A stretch of DNA of 64,000 bases from an uncultured Acidimicrobiia bacterium (GTDB lineage Bacteria; Actinomycetota; Acidimicrobiia; Spongiisociales; UBA5794). Under the pieces are notes generated by a model. It worked only from the letters and a program-made list of their open reading frames with translations, was not told the origin of the DNA and ran no database searches. Both the position numbers and the translations under genes were made by a program. The stretch is taken from assembly GCA_963704825.1 (NCBI GenBank), contig CAVPHV010000017.1:102325-166324 (forward strand), in the 5' to 3' direction. Positions 27,498 to 37,633 of the stretch are shown in pieces. Position 1 is the first letter of the stretch, and the number at the start of each line of letters is the position of its first letter.

Positions 27498-27528
27498 ACG
27501 GCCCTCGGATCACCGGGGGCCGTTTCAG
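27498..27528 (+). terminator. Hairpin terminator after pspA
   Basis: AACGGCCCTCGG-atca-CCGGGGGCCGTT (11/12 stem) followed by TTCAGCAG. Confidence 0.5.
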
Positions 27529-27543
27529 CAGAAACGGAGTGCC

Positions 27544-27870
27544 ATGTACGTGATCCGGAGAGTGTGGACCGTCAAGCCCGGCGAGGCGCGCCGCGCCGCC
27601 ACGATCGTGGCAGAGATCGGCAAGCACTACGAGGCCTCGGGCAAGCGCAGCGCCAGCCGGGTCTACTTCAACAATGGCACCGTGCCTGGCGCGAAGGACC
27701 GCGTCTACATGGAGTGGACCGAGGAGTCGATCGAGTCGCCCTACCGGCCGGGCACGTCCAGCCCAGAGATGACGCAAGCATTGGGCGCCAAGCTGCGAGA
27801 GCTGGCAATCGAGAGCCAGATCGAGTTCTACGAGATGATGACGCCCGAAAAGGCGATGGATATCTCTTGA
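27544..27870 (+). CDS. Hypothetical small soluble protein (108 aa)
   Basis: Clean ORF with start ATG preceded by GGAG. No recognisable motif. Confidence 0.45.
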   Translation: MYVIRRVWTVKPGEARRAATIVAEIGKHYEASGKRSASRVYFNNGTVPGAKDRVYMEWTEESIESPYRPGTSSPEMTQALGAKLRELAIESQIEFYEMMTPEKAMDIS

Positions 27871-27912
27871 GAGAGACTGCATGTCGCTGAACCGCCCGTA
27901 GGCTGCGGTGCC

Positions 27913-29493
27913 ATGTTCACGTCCGCCTCTCTTCGCCGACTCGCTGCGAATGTGGCTGTCGCCGCGTTGCTTGGTGCGGCGTGCTCGGCAGTCGGAGCCG
28001 GTGACACGACGCTGCCGCCGGCGGACCGGGCAACCACGACCTCGGTGCCGTCGGGACCAGCGGCTGCTGCGACGACGACCACCGTCGTGTCGCCGGCGGC
28101 CACAACGACGACGACCACCTCGGCCACGACCACGACCACGACGCTCCCGGCCCGGGCGGAAGGCGAGGTTCCCCCGTGGACCGTCGGTGCACCCTGGGGT
28201 GAGATCGAGGGCTTGACGATGTTCCGCGGCAACCCGACCCGCACGTTCTACGGCAGCGGACCAATCCCGCAGCAGCCCCGGGTGCTCTGGCGCTTCCCGG
28301 AGAGCCCGATGTGTGGCACCTCATCGGTGGCGGGCGAGGCGAAACAGTGGTGCGGCTCGGGATGGACCGGTCAGCCCGTCGTGTGGGAGCGAGACGACGG
28401 GGTCACCGAGGTCATCTTTGGGGCCTACGACAAGCGGATTCACTTCCTCGATGCCGACACCGGCGAGCGGCTCCGCCCCGATTTCTCGATGGGAGACATC
28501 ATCAAGGGCTCGGTCACGCTCGACCCCGACGGGTTCCCGTTGCTCTACGCCGGTTCGCGCGATCCCAACTACCGCATCATCGCCCTCGACCGTGACGAGC
28601 CAACCGAACTGTGGTCGCTCCCGGCGTCGGCGGTCAACGGCATGTGGAACAACGACTGGGATTCGAATGCGGTGATCATCGACGACGTGCTGCTCATCGG
28701 CGGCGAGAACAGCTGGTGGTTCGCCGTCGGGCTCAACCGCGGCTACGACGCCGCCGGCAAGGTCACCGTGGATCCCGAGATCCTCTACAGCATCCCGGCG
28801 TGGACCCAGGAGTTGGTCGGCCGGGTGGGGCGGCAGCAGAGCGTCGAGAGCTCGACGGCCGTCTTCGGCACCACCGCCTATTTCGCCAACTCGGCCGGCC
28901 GGGTGGTCGGAGTCGATACGTCCCAGGTGCGCTCCGGCGAGGGTGCGATCGTCTTCGATTTCTGGATGGGCGACGACGTCGACAGCACCATCGTGATCGA
29001 TGAAGCCGGCATGCTCTACGTGTCGGCTGAGGTGGACCTCAGCACTTCACGCGGTCGCGAGGTTGGTCAATTGGCGAAGCTGGATCCCTCCCGCCCCGAT
29101 GATCCACTGGTATGGAGTGTTGCCGTGCCCGCCACCACCGTCGACGGCGGTATCTGGGCAACTCCGGCGCTGGTCGGTGACGTGCTGTATGTGCCCACCA
29201 ACCCCGGCGACCTGCTGGCAGTCGACACCAAGACGGGCGAGGTCCTCTGGCATGATGAGATCGGCGTCAACGCCTGGTCGTCACCGGTGCATGTCGATGA
29301 CACGCTCGTGGTTGCCGTCAACTGCGAACCCAGCCCGGCGCTGCGCGCCTATGACGTGAGCGACCCTTCCCGTCCCCAGTTGCTGTGGGAGCTTCCTGTG
29401 GGCGGCGGCTGTATCGAGTCAACCCCCGCCGTCTGGAACGGCCGCATCTACGTGGGCTCCAGGGATGGCTACTTCTACGCAATCGGCGAGTAA
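27913..29493 (+). CDS. Lipoprotein with Thr-rich linker and PQQ-like beta-propeller repeats (BamB-like fold)
   Basis: Signal peptide with LLGAAC lipobox-like motif and poly-Thr linker. Repeated motifs (LYAGSRD...ALD, VLYVPTNPGDLLAVDTKTGEVLW, RIYVGSRDGYFYAIG) match PQQ-enzyme-like propeller blades. Confidence 0.7.
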   Translation: MFTSASLRRLAANVAVAALLGAACSAVGAGDTTLPPADRATTTSVPSGPAAAATTTTVVSPAATTTTTTSATTTTTTLPARAEGEVPPWTVGAPWGEIEGLTMFRGNPTRTFYGSGPIPQQPRVLWRFPESPMCGTSSVAGEAKQWCGSGWTGQPVVWERDDGVTEVIFGAYDKRIHFLDADTGERLRPDFSMGDIIKGSVTLDPDGFPLLYAGSRDPNYRIIALDRDEPTELWSLPASAVNGMWNNDWDSNAVIIDDVLLIGGENSWWFAVGLNRGYDAAGKVTVDPEILYSIPAWTQELVGRVGRQQSVESSTAVFGTTAYFANSAGRVVGVDTSQVRSGEGAIVFDFWMGDDVDSTIVIDEAGMLYVSAEVDLSTSRGREVGQLAKLDPSRPDDPLVWSVAVPATTVDGGIWATPALVGDVLYVPTNPGDLLAVDTKTGEVLWHDEIGVNAWSSPVHVDDTLVVAVNCEPSPALRAYDVSDPSRPQLLWELPVGGGCIESTPAVWNGRIYVGSRDGYFYAIGE

Positions 29494-29627
29494 GCCGGGG
29501 ACCCTGCGCGGCCGTTCGCGCCAGTCGCGGACCAAGTACCGAGGTCCGCTGTGACCTCCTGCCCTAGAGCTACGCCGCCTATGGTGGTCGAATAGCGCAA
29601 AACACATCCGGTCGAGGAGCAAACGCC

Positions 29628-32600
29628 GTGTCCACTGAATCTGCACCTCGCCGCTACGTCACCCTGGACGGGAACGAAGCGGCTGCCTCTATCGCGTTCA
29701 GGACCAATGAGGTCATCGCGATCTACCCCATCACCCCGGCATCGCCGATGGGCGAGCTATCCGACGCCTGGGCGGCGCGGGGAATGAAGAACATCTGGGG
29801 CACTATCCCCGAAGTCATCGAGATGCAAAGCGAGGCCGGGGCGGCTGGAACCGTTCACGGTGCGCTGCAAACCGGTGCGTTGACGACGACGTTCACCGCT
29901 TCGCAGGGCCTACTGCTGATGATCCCGAACATGTTCAAGATCGCCGGTGAGCTGACCCCGGCCGTCTTCCACATTGCGGCGCGCACCGTGGCCACCCACG
30001 CCCTGTCCATCTTTGGTGACCACAGCGACGTGATGTCGGTGCGCAGCACCGGCTGGGCGATGCTGGCCAGCGCCTCCGTACAAGAGGCTCACGACCTCGC
30101 CCTTGTCGCGCAGTCGGCGACGCTCGAGACCCGGGTGCCTTTCCTGCACTTCTTCGATGGCTTCCGCACGTCCCACGAAGTCGCCAAGATCGAGGAACTC
30201 ACCGACGACGACATCAGGCACATGGTGTCACTCGACGCCGTACTCGAACACCGGATGCGCCGCCTCGACCCGGATGCACCCGTGCTGCGCGGCACGGCGC
30301 AAAACGCCGACGTCTTCTTCCAGGCCCGTGAGGCGTGCAACCTGTACTACGACGCCGTCCCGGACAAGGTGCAGGCGGCGATGGATCGCCTCGCCGGCCT
30401 CGTCGACCGGCAATATCACCTGTTCGACTACGTGGGCGCCCCCGATGCCGAGACCGTGATCGTGCTGATGGGATCTGGTGTCGGCGCGGCCGAGGAGGCC
30501 GTCAACAAGCTCGTCGCCGAAGGCCGCAAGGTTGGGATGATCAAGGTCCGCCTCTACCGCCCCTTCGCCTCGGGCGCCTTTGTCGCCGCCCTGCCGCCGA
30601 CGGTCCGCACCGTTGTCGCCCTCGACCGGACCAAAGAGCCCGGCGCCGTCGGCGAGCCCCTCTACACCGACGTCGTTGCTGCCATCGTCGAGGAGACCCA
30701 CGACGAGCGCACCACATGGGCCGTGATGCCGCGGGTACTCGGCGGCCGCTACGGGCTTTCCAGCAAGGAGTTCACGCCGGCGATGGTCAAGGCCGTGTTC
30801 GACGCCGCCGAGACCGATGATGCGCCGCGCGAGTTCACCATCGGCATTTTCGACGACGTGACCAATCTCAGCCTCGATTGGGACCCGGAGTGGTCGGCCG
30901 AACCCGATGGTGTGAAGGCAGTGTTCTTCGGCCTTGGCGCGGACGGCACGGTGGGCGCCAACAAGAACTCAGTGAAGATCGTCGGCGAGAACACGGATCA
31001 GCACGCCCAAGGCCATTTCGTCTACGACTCCCGCAAGTCGGGAGCCGTCACGATCTCTCACCTGCGGTTTGCTTCGCAGGAGATCCAGTCCACCTATCTG
31101 ATCACCGACGCCGACTTCGTGGCCTGCCACAACTTCGGTTTCCTCGAAAAGATGGACGTACTGGGCGTGGCCCGCTTTGGGGCGACGTTCCTCCTCAACA
31201 GCCCGTATGGGCCCGACGAGGTGTGGGACAAGATCCCGCGTGAGGTACAGGAGCAGATCGTCTCCAAGCAGCTCGACTTCTACATCGTCGATGGACACGG
31301 CGTCGCCGAGAAGGCTGGGCTCGGAGGGCGCATCAACACGGTGCTGCAGACCTGCTTCTTCTACCTCAGCGGGATCTTGCCCCGCGACGAATCAATCGCC
31401 GCCATCAAGAAGGCCATCGAGAAGAGCTATGCCCGCTTCGGCGAATCGGTGCTCGAACGCAACTACGCCGCTGTCGATGGGGCCATTGAAGCGATCCACA
31501 AGGTCGAGGTTCCGGCGAGCGCATCATCGGAAATCGAGATGCGGCCGGTGGTGCCTCCCACCGCTCCTGACTTCGTGAAGCGGGTCACGGCGATGATGCT
31601 AGAGGGCAAAGGCGACCTGCTTCCGGTCAGCGCATTGCCGGTTGACGGTACCTTCCCAACGGCGACCACGCAGTACGAGCTGCGCAGCATCGCCAGGGAG
31701 ATTCCGATCTTCGACGCCGAAATCTGCATCCAGTGCGCCAAATGCACCATCGTGTGTCCCCATGCGGCGATTCGGATGAAGGCGTTCCCGGCCGAATTGG
31801 CCGAAAATGCCCCCGACGCCCTCCAGGTGTTGCCGTTCCGCTCCAAGGAACTCGAAGGCCACGTGATGACCATTCAGGTCGCTCCCGACGATTGCACGGG
31901 TTGTGGCGTCTGCGTCAACGTGTGCCCGGCCAAGTCCAAGGAGGTGGTCAAGCACAAGGCCATCAACATGGAGCCGAAGGAAGACCACCTGGAGGTCGAG
32001 CGGGCCAATTGGGACTTCTTCAAGACGATTCCAGAGCCGGACCGCACCTTGATCAACATCAACAATGTGAAGGGCTCCCAGCTGCTCGATCCGTTGTTCG
32101 AGTTCTCGGGCGCCTGCTCGGGGTGTGGCGAAACGCCGTACATCAAGCTCCTCACTCAGTTGTTCGGCGATCGCATCATGGTGGCCAACGCCACCGGTTG
32201 CTCGTCGATCTACGGCGGGAACCTGCCGACGACGCCCTATGCCGTCAACTCCGAAGGACGGGGACCGACCTGGGCCAACTCGTTGTTCGAGGACAACGCC
32301 GAGTTTGGGCTCGGGATGCGACTGGCGCTCGATCAGGAAGTCGATGCTGCGCGGCGCTTGGTGGCGGCGCTGTCGGGCGAGATCGGCGAAGACCTCGCCA
32401 CTGCTTTGCTCGATGCGGACCAGTCGGATCAGGCGGGTCTTGACGCTCAGCGGGCCCGTGTCGCCGAGCTGGTCGGGAAGCTGAAAACCGTCGACGACTC
32501 CCGGGCCCGCAGGCTCGAAGTAATCGCAGGCACTCTGGTGCGCAAGAGCGTTTGGATCGTGGGTGGCGACGGCTGGGCCTACGACATCGGTTTTGGCGGT

Positions 32601-33233
32601 GTCGACCACGCCATGGCGTCGGGCAGGAACATCAACATTCTGGTGCTCGACACCGAGGTCTATTCCAACACCGGCGGTCAGGCGTCGAAGGCGACGCCCC
32701 GGGGAGCCGTGGCCAAGTTTGCCGCCAGCGGCAAGACCGTTGCCAAGAAGGACCTCGGTCAGATCGCGATGGCCTACAAGAACGTCTACGTCGCCCAAAT
32801 TGCCGTTGGGGCCAACAACATCCAAACGGTCAAGGCGTTCCAGGAGGCCGAAGCGTTCGACGGCCCGTCGCTCATCGTCGCCTACAGCACCTGTATCGCT
32901 CACGGGATCGACATGGAGACCAGCATGGAGCACCAGAAGGATCTGGTGAGCTCGGGATTCTGGCCGCTGTATCGATACGACCCGCGGGTGACGCTCGAGG
33001 GCAAACACGCCTTCCATCTCGACAGTCGAAAACCGACGTTGGCGTTTGCGGAGGTGGCCAAGACCGAGGGCCGCTTTGCGATGCTGATGCGGTCGGCTCC
33101 CGAGACCGCCGAGCGACTGTTTGCCATGGCGCAGGAGGACATCGACGAACGGTGGAATCTGTACGAGCAATTTGAAGACATGGACCGGACCATTCTCGGC
33201 GAGGAGGCCAGCGTGGAGGAGCCGCAGTCATGA
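29628..33233 (+). CDS. nifJ: Pyruvate:ferredoxin (flavodoxin) oxidoreductase, single-polypeptide PFOR
   Basis: 1201 aa. Conserved N-terminal PFOR domain I, two 4Fe-4S ferredoxin motifs (CIQCAKCTIVCP, CTGCGVCVNVCP) and a TPP-binding region (GGDGWAYDIGFGG). Confidence 0.92.
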   Translation: MSTESAPRRYVTLDGNEAAASIAFRTNEVIAIYPITPASPMGELSDAWAARGMKNIWGTIPEVIEMQSEAGAAGTVHGALQTGALTTTFTASQGLLLMIPNMFKIAGELTPAVFHIAARTVATHALSIFGDHSDVMSVRSTGWAMLASASVQEAHDLALVAQSATLETRVPFLHFFDGFRTSHEVAKIEELTDDDIRHMVSLDAVLEHRMRRLDPDAPVLRGTAQNADVFFQAREACNLYYDAVPDKVQAAMDRLAGLVDRQYHLFDYVGAPDAETVIVLMGSGVGAAEEAVNKLVAEGRKVGMIKVRLYRPFASGAFVAALPPTVRTVVALDRTKEPGAVGEPLYTDVVAAIVEETHDERTTWAVMPRVLGGRYGLSSKEFTPAMVKAVFDAAETDDAPREFTIGIFDDVTNLSLDWDPEWSAEPDGVKAVFFGLGADGTVGANKNSVKIVGENTDQHAQGHFVYDSRKSGAVTISHLRFASQEIQSTYLITDADFVACHNFGFLEKMDVLGVARFGATFLLNSPYGPDEVWDKIPREVQEQIVSKQLDFYIVDGHGVAEKAGLGGRINTVLQTCFFYLSGILPRDESIAAIKKAIEKSYARFGESVLERNYAAVDGAIEAIHKVEVPASASSEIEMRPVVPPTAPDFVKRVTAMMLEGKGDLLPVSALPVDGTFPTATTQYELRSIAREIPIFDAEICIQCAKCTIVCPHAAIRMKAFPAELAENAPDALQVLPFRSKELEGHVMTIQVAPDDCTGCGVCVNVCPAKSKEVVKHKAINMEPKEDHLEVERANWDFFKTIPEPDRTLININNVKGSQLLDPLFEFSGACSGCGETPYIKLLTQLFGDRIMVANATGCSSIYGGNLPTTPYAVNSEGRGPTWANSLFEDNAEFGLGMRLALDQEVDAARRLVAALSGEIGEDLATALLDADQSDQAGLDAQRARVAELVGKLKTVDDSRARRLEVIAGTLVRKSVWIVGGDGWAYDIGFGGVDHAMASGRNINILVLDTEVYSNTGGQASKATPRGAVAKFAASGKTVAKKDLGQIAMAYKNVYVAQIAVGANNIQTVKAFQEAEAFDGPSLIVAYSTCIAHGIDMETSMEHQKDLVSSGFWPLYRYDPRVTLEGKHAFHLDSRKPTLAFAEVAKTEGRFAMLMRSAPETAERLFAMAQEDIDERWNLYEQFEDMDRTILGEEASVEEPQS

Positions 33234-34240
33234 GTGTCGATCTCAGCACCACCTATCTCGGCCTGAAACTGGCGAACCCGGTGATGGCATCCTCTTCGCC
33301 GCTCACGGGATCCGTCGACACGCTCAAACAACTCGAGGATGCCGGGGTCTCTGCGGTGGTGTTGCCTTCGCTATTCGAGGAGCAGATCGAGCACGAGGCG
33401 ATGGAAGCACACCGGCTCGTCGAGTACGGGGCAGAGAGCTTTGCCGAGGCGCTCGGTGGCTACTTCCCCGAATTGGACTCGTACAACACGGGGCCCCAGC
33501 TCTATCTCGACCAAGTCTCCGCGGCCAAGGAGGCACTGTCGGTCCCGGTGATCGCCAGTCTCAACGGCACGACCCGTGGCGGTTGGGTTCGCTACGCGAA
33601 GCGAATGGAAGAGGCCGGCGCAGACGCCCTGGAACTGAACGTGTACCTGATTCCGACCGACCCGTACGCCACGTCACTCGACGTCGAGCGTCGCTATCTC
33701 GACTTGCTCTCGGCAGTTGTCGAGACCGTCGATATTCCGGTGGCGATCAAGATCGGCCCCTACTTCTCGTCGCTGGCCCACGTGGCACGCGAGTTCGTGG
33801 AGGCCGGTGCGGCCGGGTTGGTGCTCTTCAACCGGTTCTATCAGCCGGACATCGACCTCGAAGACCTGCGGGTCCTGCCCAATCTCCAACTGAGCACCTC
33901 GGCAGAGTTGCGGCTTCCGCTGCGCTGGCTGGCGATCCTCCATGGCAAGTTGCGGGCCGACATGGCGGTCACCGGCGGCGTGCACACGTCGGATGATGTG
34001 CTGAAATCGCTGCTGGTAGGTGCGGACGCGGTGATGATGGCGTCGGCATTGCTCCAGGAGGGCCCGTATCACGCCGCTGCGGTGATCGGTGGGGTCAAGG
34101 CGTGGCTCGAGGAGCACGAATACGACTCGGTTGAGCAGATGAAGGGGTCGATGTCGATGGCTTCGGCCCCCAATCCCGACGGCTTCATCCGCTCCAACTA
34201 CATGCGGGTCCTCGCCAGCTACACGACGCCCGTTCCGTAG
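33230..34240 (+). CDS. Dihydroorotate dehydrogenase-like (DHOD/DPD family) flavoprotein, PFOR-associated
   Basis: TIM-barrel FMN-binding family signature (LKLANPVMASSSPLTGS...IKIGPYF...GGVHTSDDVLKSLLVGADAVMMASAL). Start overlaps the nifJ stop (ATGA). Confidence 0.7.
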   Translation: MSVDLSTTYLGLKLANPVMASSSPLTGSVDTLKQLEDAGVSAVVLPSLFEEQIEHEAMEAHRLVEYGAESFAEALGGYFPELDSYNTGPQLYLDQVSAAKEALSVPVIASLNGTTRGGWVRYAKRMEEAGADALELNVYLIPTDPYATSLDVERRYLDLLSAVVETVDIPVAIKIGPYFSSLAHVAREFVEAGAAGLVLFNRFYQPDIDLEDLRVLPNLQLSTSAELRLPLRWLAILHGKLRADMAVTGGVHTSDDVLKSLLVGADAVMMASALLQEGPYHAAAVIGGVKAWLEEHEYDSVEQMKGSMSMASAPNPDGFIRSNYMRVLASYTTPVP

Positions 34241-34415
34241 GGCTCAAGGCTGCTGCGAGTCGTGCTGCTGAGTAGGCTTTTGTGGACCTGTCGCCGACCC
34301 AACAAGAGGGTCTCTGCTGCGGTCTTGGCGACCGTGCTGATTCCGGCTGGCTCGGCGACGGCGCTGCGCCCACAACCGGCGTGATGACCGCGTAAGCATC
34401 GGTAGAGGGGGAGAC

Positions 34416-35832
34416 ATGTCCACCAGTCAGAGTTCGCACCCAAGAACGCCTCAGCTCCAGAAGGCCGTCAGTCCGCAGGATCGCCGCGCCAAGGGGAAGG
34501 CGATTCGCAAGGCGGTGCCACGTTCCAGCCACGGCGAATGGTCGGCGCCGGCCGACCGCCAAGACCCCGTCGCTGTGATCGCGAGTCAGGATACGGAGCG
34601 AGTGCAGTGGCTGGTCCCTATTCGACACGGTCGGATGTCGGATTCGCCCTTCACGTTCTACCGCGGCGCCGCCAAGATCATGGCGGCCGACCTATCTCAC
34701 ACCCCGAGGACCGGTCTAAACGCTCAGATATGCGGTGATGCTCACCTGGCCAACTTCGGCTCCTACGGTTCGCCCGATCGTCGTCAGGTGTTCGACGTCA
34801 ACGACTTCGACGAAACCCTTCCCGGCCCCTGGGAGTGGGATCTGAAGCGGTTGGCGACCAGCGTCGTGTTGGCAGGACGCGACAATGAATTGGACGACTC
34901 CGCCATCAGGACGGCGACGCTGGGATCGGTTGCGGCGTACCGCCGGGCAATGGCGGAATTCGGGAGCGCGAGGACACTTGACATCTGGTACTCACAGCTC
35001 TCGCTCGAGCAGATGGCGGCGGCGGCGCCCACCAAACACGACCAGAAACTGGTGGAGAAGAGGGCAAGGAAGGCTCGTTCCAAGGACAGCCTGACGGCCT
35101 TGTCGAAGCTCGCGGAGAAAGTGAACGGGACCTATCGGATCAAGAGCCAGCCGCCGTTGCTGTTGCCGATCGCGCGAACTGGCCGGTTCGAGAGATCTGG
35201 ACGAGATCAGGGCTGGGGTTGACGACAGCTTGTCGAGCTACCGGTTGACCCTCCCCGACGATCGTAGGCTCCTGTTCGACCGGTTCACCCTCGTCGATTT
35301 TGCGCTGAAGGTGGTGGGTGTCGGCAGTGTGGGAACTCGCTGCTTGATCGTGCTCTTTCAAGGGCGCGACGACGAAGACCCGCTTTTCTTGCAGATCAAG
35401 GAAGCCAGCAGCTCGGTGTTGGAAGGTCACCTGCCGCGGAGCCACTACGAAGAGCACGGCAAGCGGGTGGTGGAAGGGCAGCGACTCATGCAGGCGTCGA
35501 GCGACATCTTCCTGGGCTGGACGGTCCACCTCGACTCCAACTGGCACTTCTACTGGCGCCAGCTCCGCGATATGAAGGGCTCGGCCGACGTTGCGGCGAT
35601 GGGCCCGGCACGGTTGGCGGACTACGCGAGCTTGTGCGGATGGACGCTGGCTCACGCCCATGCCCGATCGGGGGATCCCATCGCGATAGCGGGATACCTC
35701 GGCTCGGCGGACGTCTTCGATCGTTCCGTTGCCGACTTCGCGTTTGCCTATGCCGATCAGAACGACAAGGACTATCAGGCGTTCGTGTCCGCCATCAAGT
35801 CGGGCAAGATCGAAGCCGTCACCGGCGAGTAG
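34416..35832 (+). pseudogene. DUF2252 family protein split by a +1 frameshift near 35180-35230 (two ORFs 34416-35222 and 35230-35832)
   Basis: Both ORFs together look like N- and C-terminal halves of a single ~470-aa DUF2252 protein. A frame change sits next to a G-run (GGCTGGGGTT). May be an assembly indel rather than true decay. Confidence 0.55.
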
Positions 35833-35855
35833 CGCGCTGCCGTGGCAGTGTCAGC

Positions 35856-37199
35856 TCAACCGGACGTCGCCGCGCCGTGGCACATTTTGAGTTTGCGCCC
35901 GCTCCCACATGGGCACGGGTCGTTGCGCCCGGCGGTGGCGAAGCGTTGCGCCTCTTCGGCGTCGAGGACGGCCGTGACGCCGGCAGGAGCGCGGCCTTGG
36001 CGCAGCAGGCCCGACATGATTCGCATTGGGTGATCGATGTGGTTGAAGAACGTCTTGTAGCCGGCGCAAAGGTAGTTCAGGCCGGGGTCCCCTTCGGGAG
36101 TGGTGGTGAAGCGGTTTCGGGGGCAACCACCGTGGCAGGCAAACCGGACCTCGCAACCCCGGCAGAACGGCGGAAGCGTGTCCCGCTTGTCGAGGCCGAA
36201 CTGGCGTTGTCGATCGGATGCGACCAAGTCGATCATCGGAGTCTCGTTGATGTTGCCGATTAGGTAGTCAGGCTCCACGTAGTGGTCGCAGGAGTACAAA
36301 TCGCCGTTGTGCTCGAGGGCCACGGCGAGGCCGCAGGTCTCCGAGAACACGCACACCCCCGGCGGCTCGCCGTGCCAATTGGCCAGAGCCGTGTCGAAGT
36401 GCTGCACGTAGACCTTCCCGACGTCGCCTTGGATCCATTCGTCGAACACGGCGCTGAGGAATCGCCCAAACCCTTCCGGGCTGACGCTGCGTTCGGTGAC
36501 ACAGCTTCCGGCTTGCACGTAGAGCGGTCGCTTCTCCTTGCTCCCGGTACTCCACCCGAGGTTGGCCAGCGGCAAGAGCGTCTCTGTGGCACGCTCGACG
36601 ATGGGAATGAACTGGATGAACTCGACGCCCATGTCGTCGCGGAAGAAGCGGTAGACCTCGGCCGGGTGATCCTGGTTGCCGGCATGGATAGTGCACAGGA
36701 CGTTGACGTCGACGCCGGCGGCACGAAGGTGCTCGTAGCCGGCCATCACCCGATCGAATGAGCCGTTGCCGCGCTTGTCGATTCGGTACCGATCATGCAG
36801 CTTTCGGGGGCCGTCAACCGAAATGCCGACGAGGAAATTGTTCTCCTCGAAGAAGGCCGCCCAGCGTTCGTCGATGAGGACGCCGTTGGTCTGGATGGTG
36901 TAGGCGATCCGCTGGTTCGGCTTCCTGAGTTCGTCGACCAACTCAACCGAGCGGCGGAAAAAGTCGAGGCCCATCATCGTGGGCTCCCCACCTTGCCAGG
37001 CGATGGTGACCTCGGGAGTGCGGTGCGATTCGAGCAACTGGCGCAAGTAGGTCTCCAGCATCTCGTCGGCCATGCGGAACCGATCGCCGGGATACAGCAT
37101 CTCCTTGGACAGGAAGAAGCAGTACTCGCAGTCGAGGTTGCAGATCGGTCCCGTCGGCTTGGCCAGCACGTGATACGCCGGCGGTCCCCCCCGCATCGT
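35856..37199 (-). CDS. Radical SAM/SPASM enzyme of the anaerobic sulfatase-maturating enzyme (anSME) family with C-terminal SEC-C motif
   Basis: CNLDCEYCF radical-SAM cluster motif, SPASM Cys clusters (CGLAVALEHNGDLYSCDHY, CRGCEVRFACHGGCP) and terminal CPCGSGRKLKMCHG. Start at internal ATG (MRGGPPAYHVLAKP). Confidence 0.8.
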   Translation of the reverse strand, partial: TMRGGPPAYHVLAKPTGPICNLDCEYCFFLSKEMLYPGDRFRMADEMLETYLRQLLESHRTPEVTIAWQGGEPTMMGLDFFRRSVELVDELRKPNQRIAYTIQTNGVLIDERWAAFFEENNFLVGISVDGPRKLHDRYRIDKRGNGSFDRVMAGYEHLRAAGVDVNVLCTIHAGNQDHPAEVYRFFRDDMGVEFIQFIPIVERATETLLPLANLGWSTGSKEKRPLYVQAGSCVTERSVSPEGFGRFLSAVFDEWIQGDVGKVYVQHFDTALANWHGEPPGVCVFSETCGLAVALEHNGDLYSCDHYVEPDYLIGNINETPMIDLVASDRQRQFGLDKRDTLPPFCRGCEVRFACHGGCPRNRFTTTPEGDPGLNYLCAGYKTFFNHIDHPMRIMSGLLRQGRAPAGVTAVLDAEEAQRFATAGRNDPCPCGSGRKLKMCHGAATSG

Positions 37200-37633
37200 C
37201 AACACATCGTCCTCCTGGAGTACTCGTCCTTGCCGCAGGTTATCGACACCGCTATGCCAAGGAGGGGCCGCGTTGGTGGCGGTAATGGGGCCTCGGGCTG
37301 GTCTCGGCACGCGAGGGGTCTGATCTGATCGCCGACGTTGTACACGGGGCGAATCGTGAGCAGGAGGTCGGCGGCAGCGTCTTCAACCATCGGCTTGATC
37401 GTAGGGACGCCAAAGGCGAGCAAGATGACCACGATGATTGTGGCCCAGCCGACACCGACGCGGAGTACCTACACCGACGTCACGGCGGTGGCCTGATCGC
37501 CACCAGAGACGCTGCTGAAGGCCTACGCCTGGTCGCTCACGTCGGCGGGCGTCGGCTAGATGCAACGACTCGAGGTCAGCCGGCGTCGGCGACCCGAAGA
37601 GCGGGCCGCCGACGGTTCGGACTGGATAGTGGG

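Noticed and set aside
31599-33170. 523-aa minus-strand ORF inside nifJ
   Set aside because: Antisense to an unambiguous PFOR gene. No independent support.
34240-34415. Terminator hairpin after the PFOR-DHOD operon
   Set aside because: The repeated GCTGCTG segments near 34244-34275 do not form a convincing inverted repeat on inspection.
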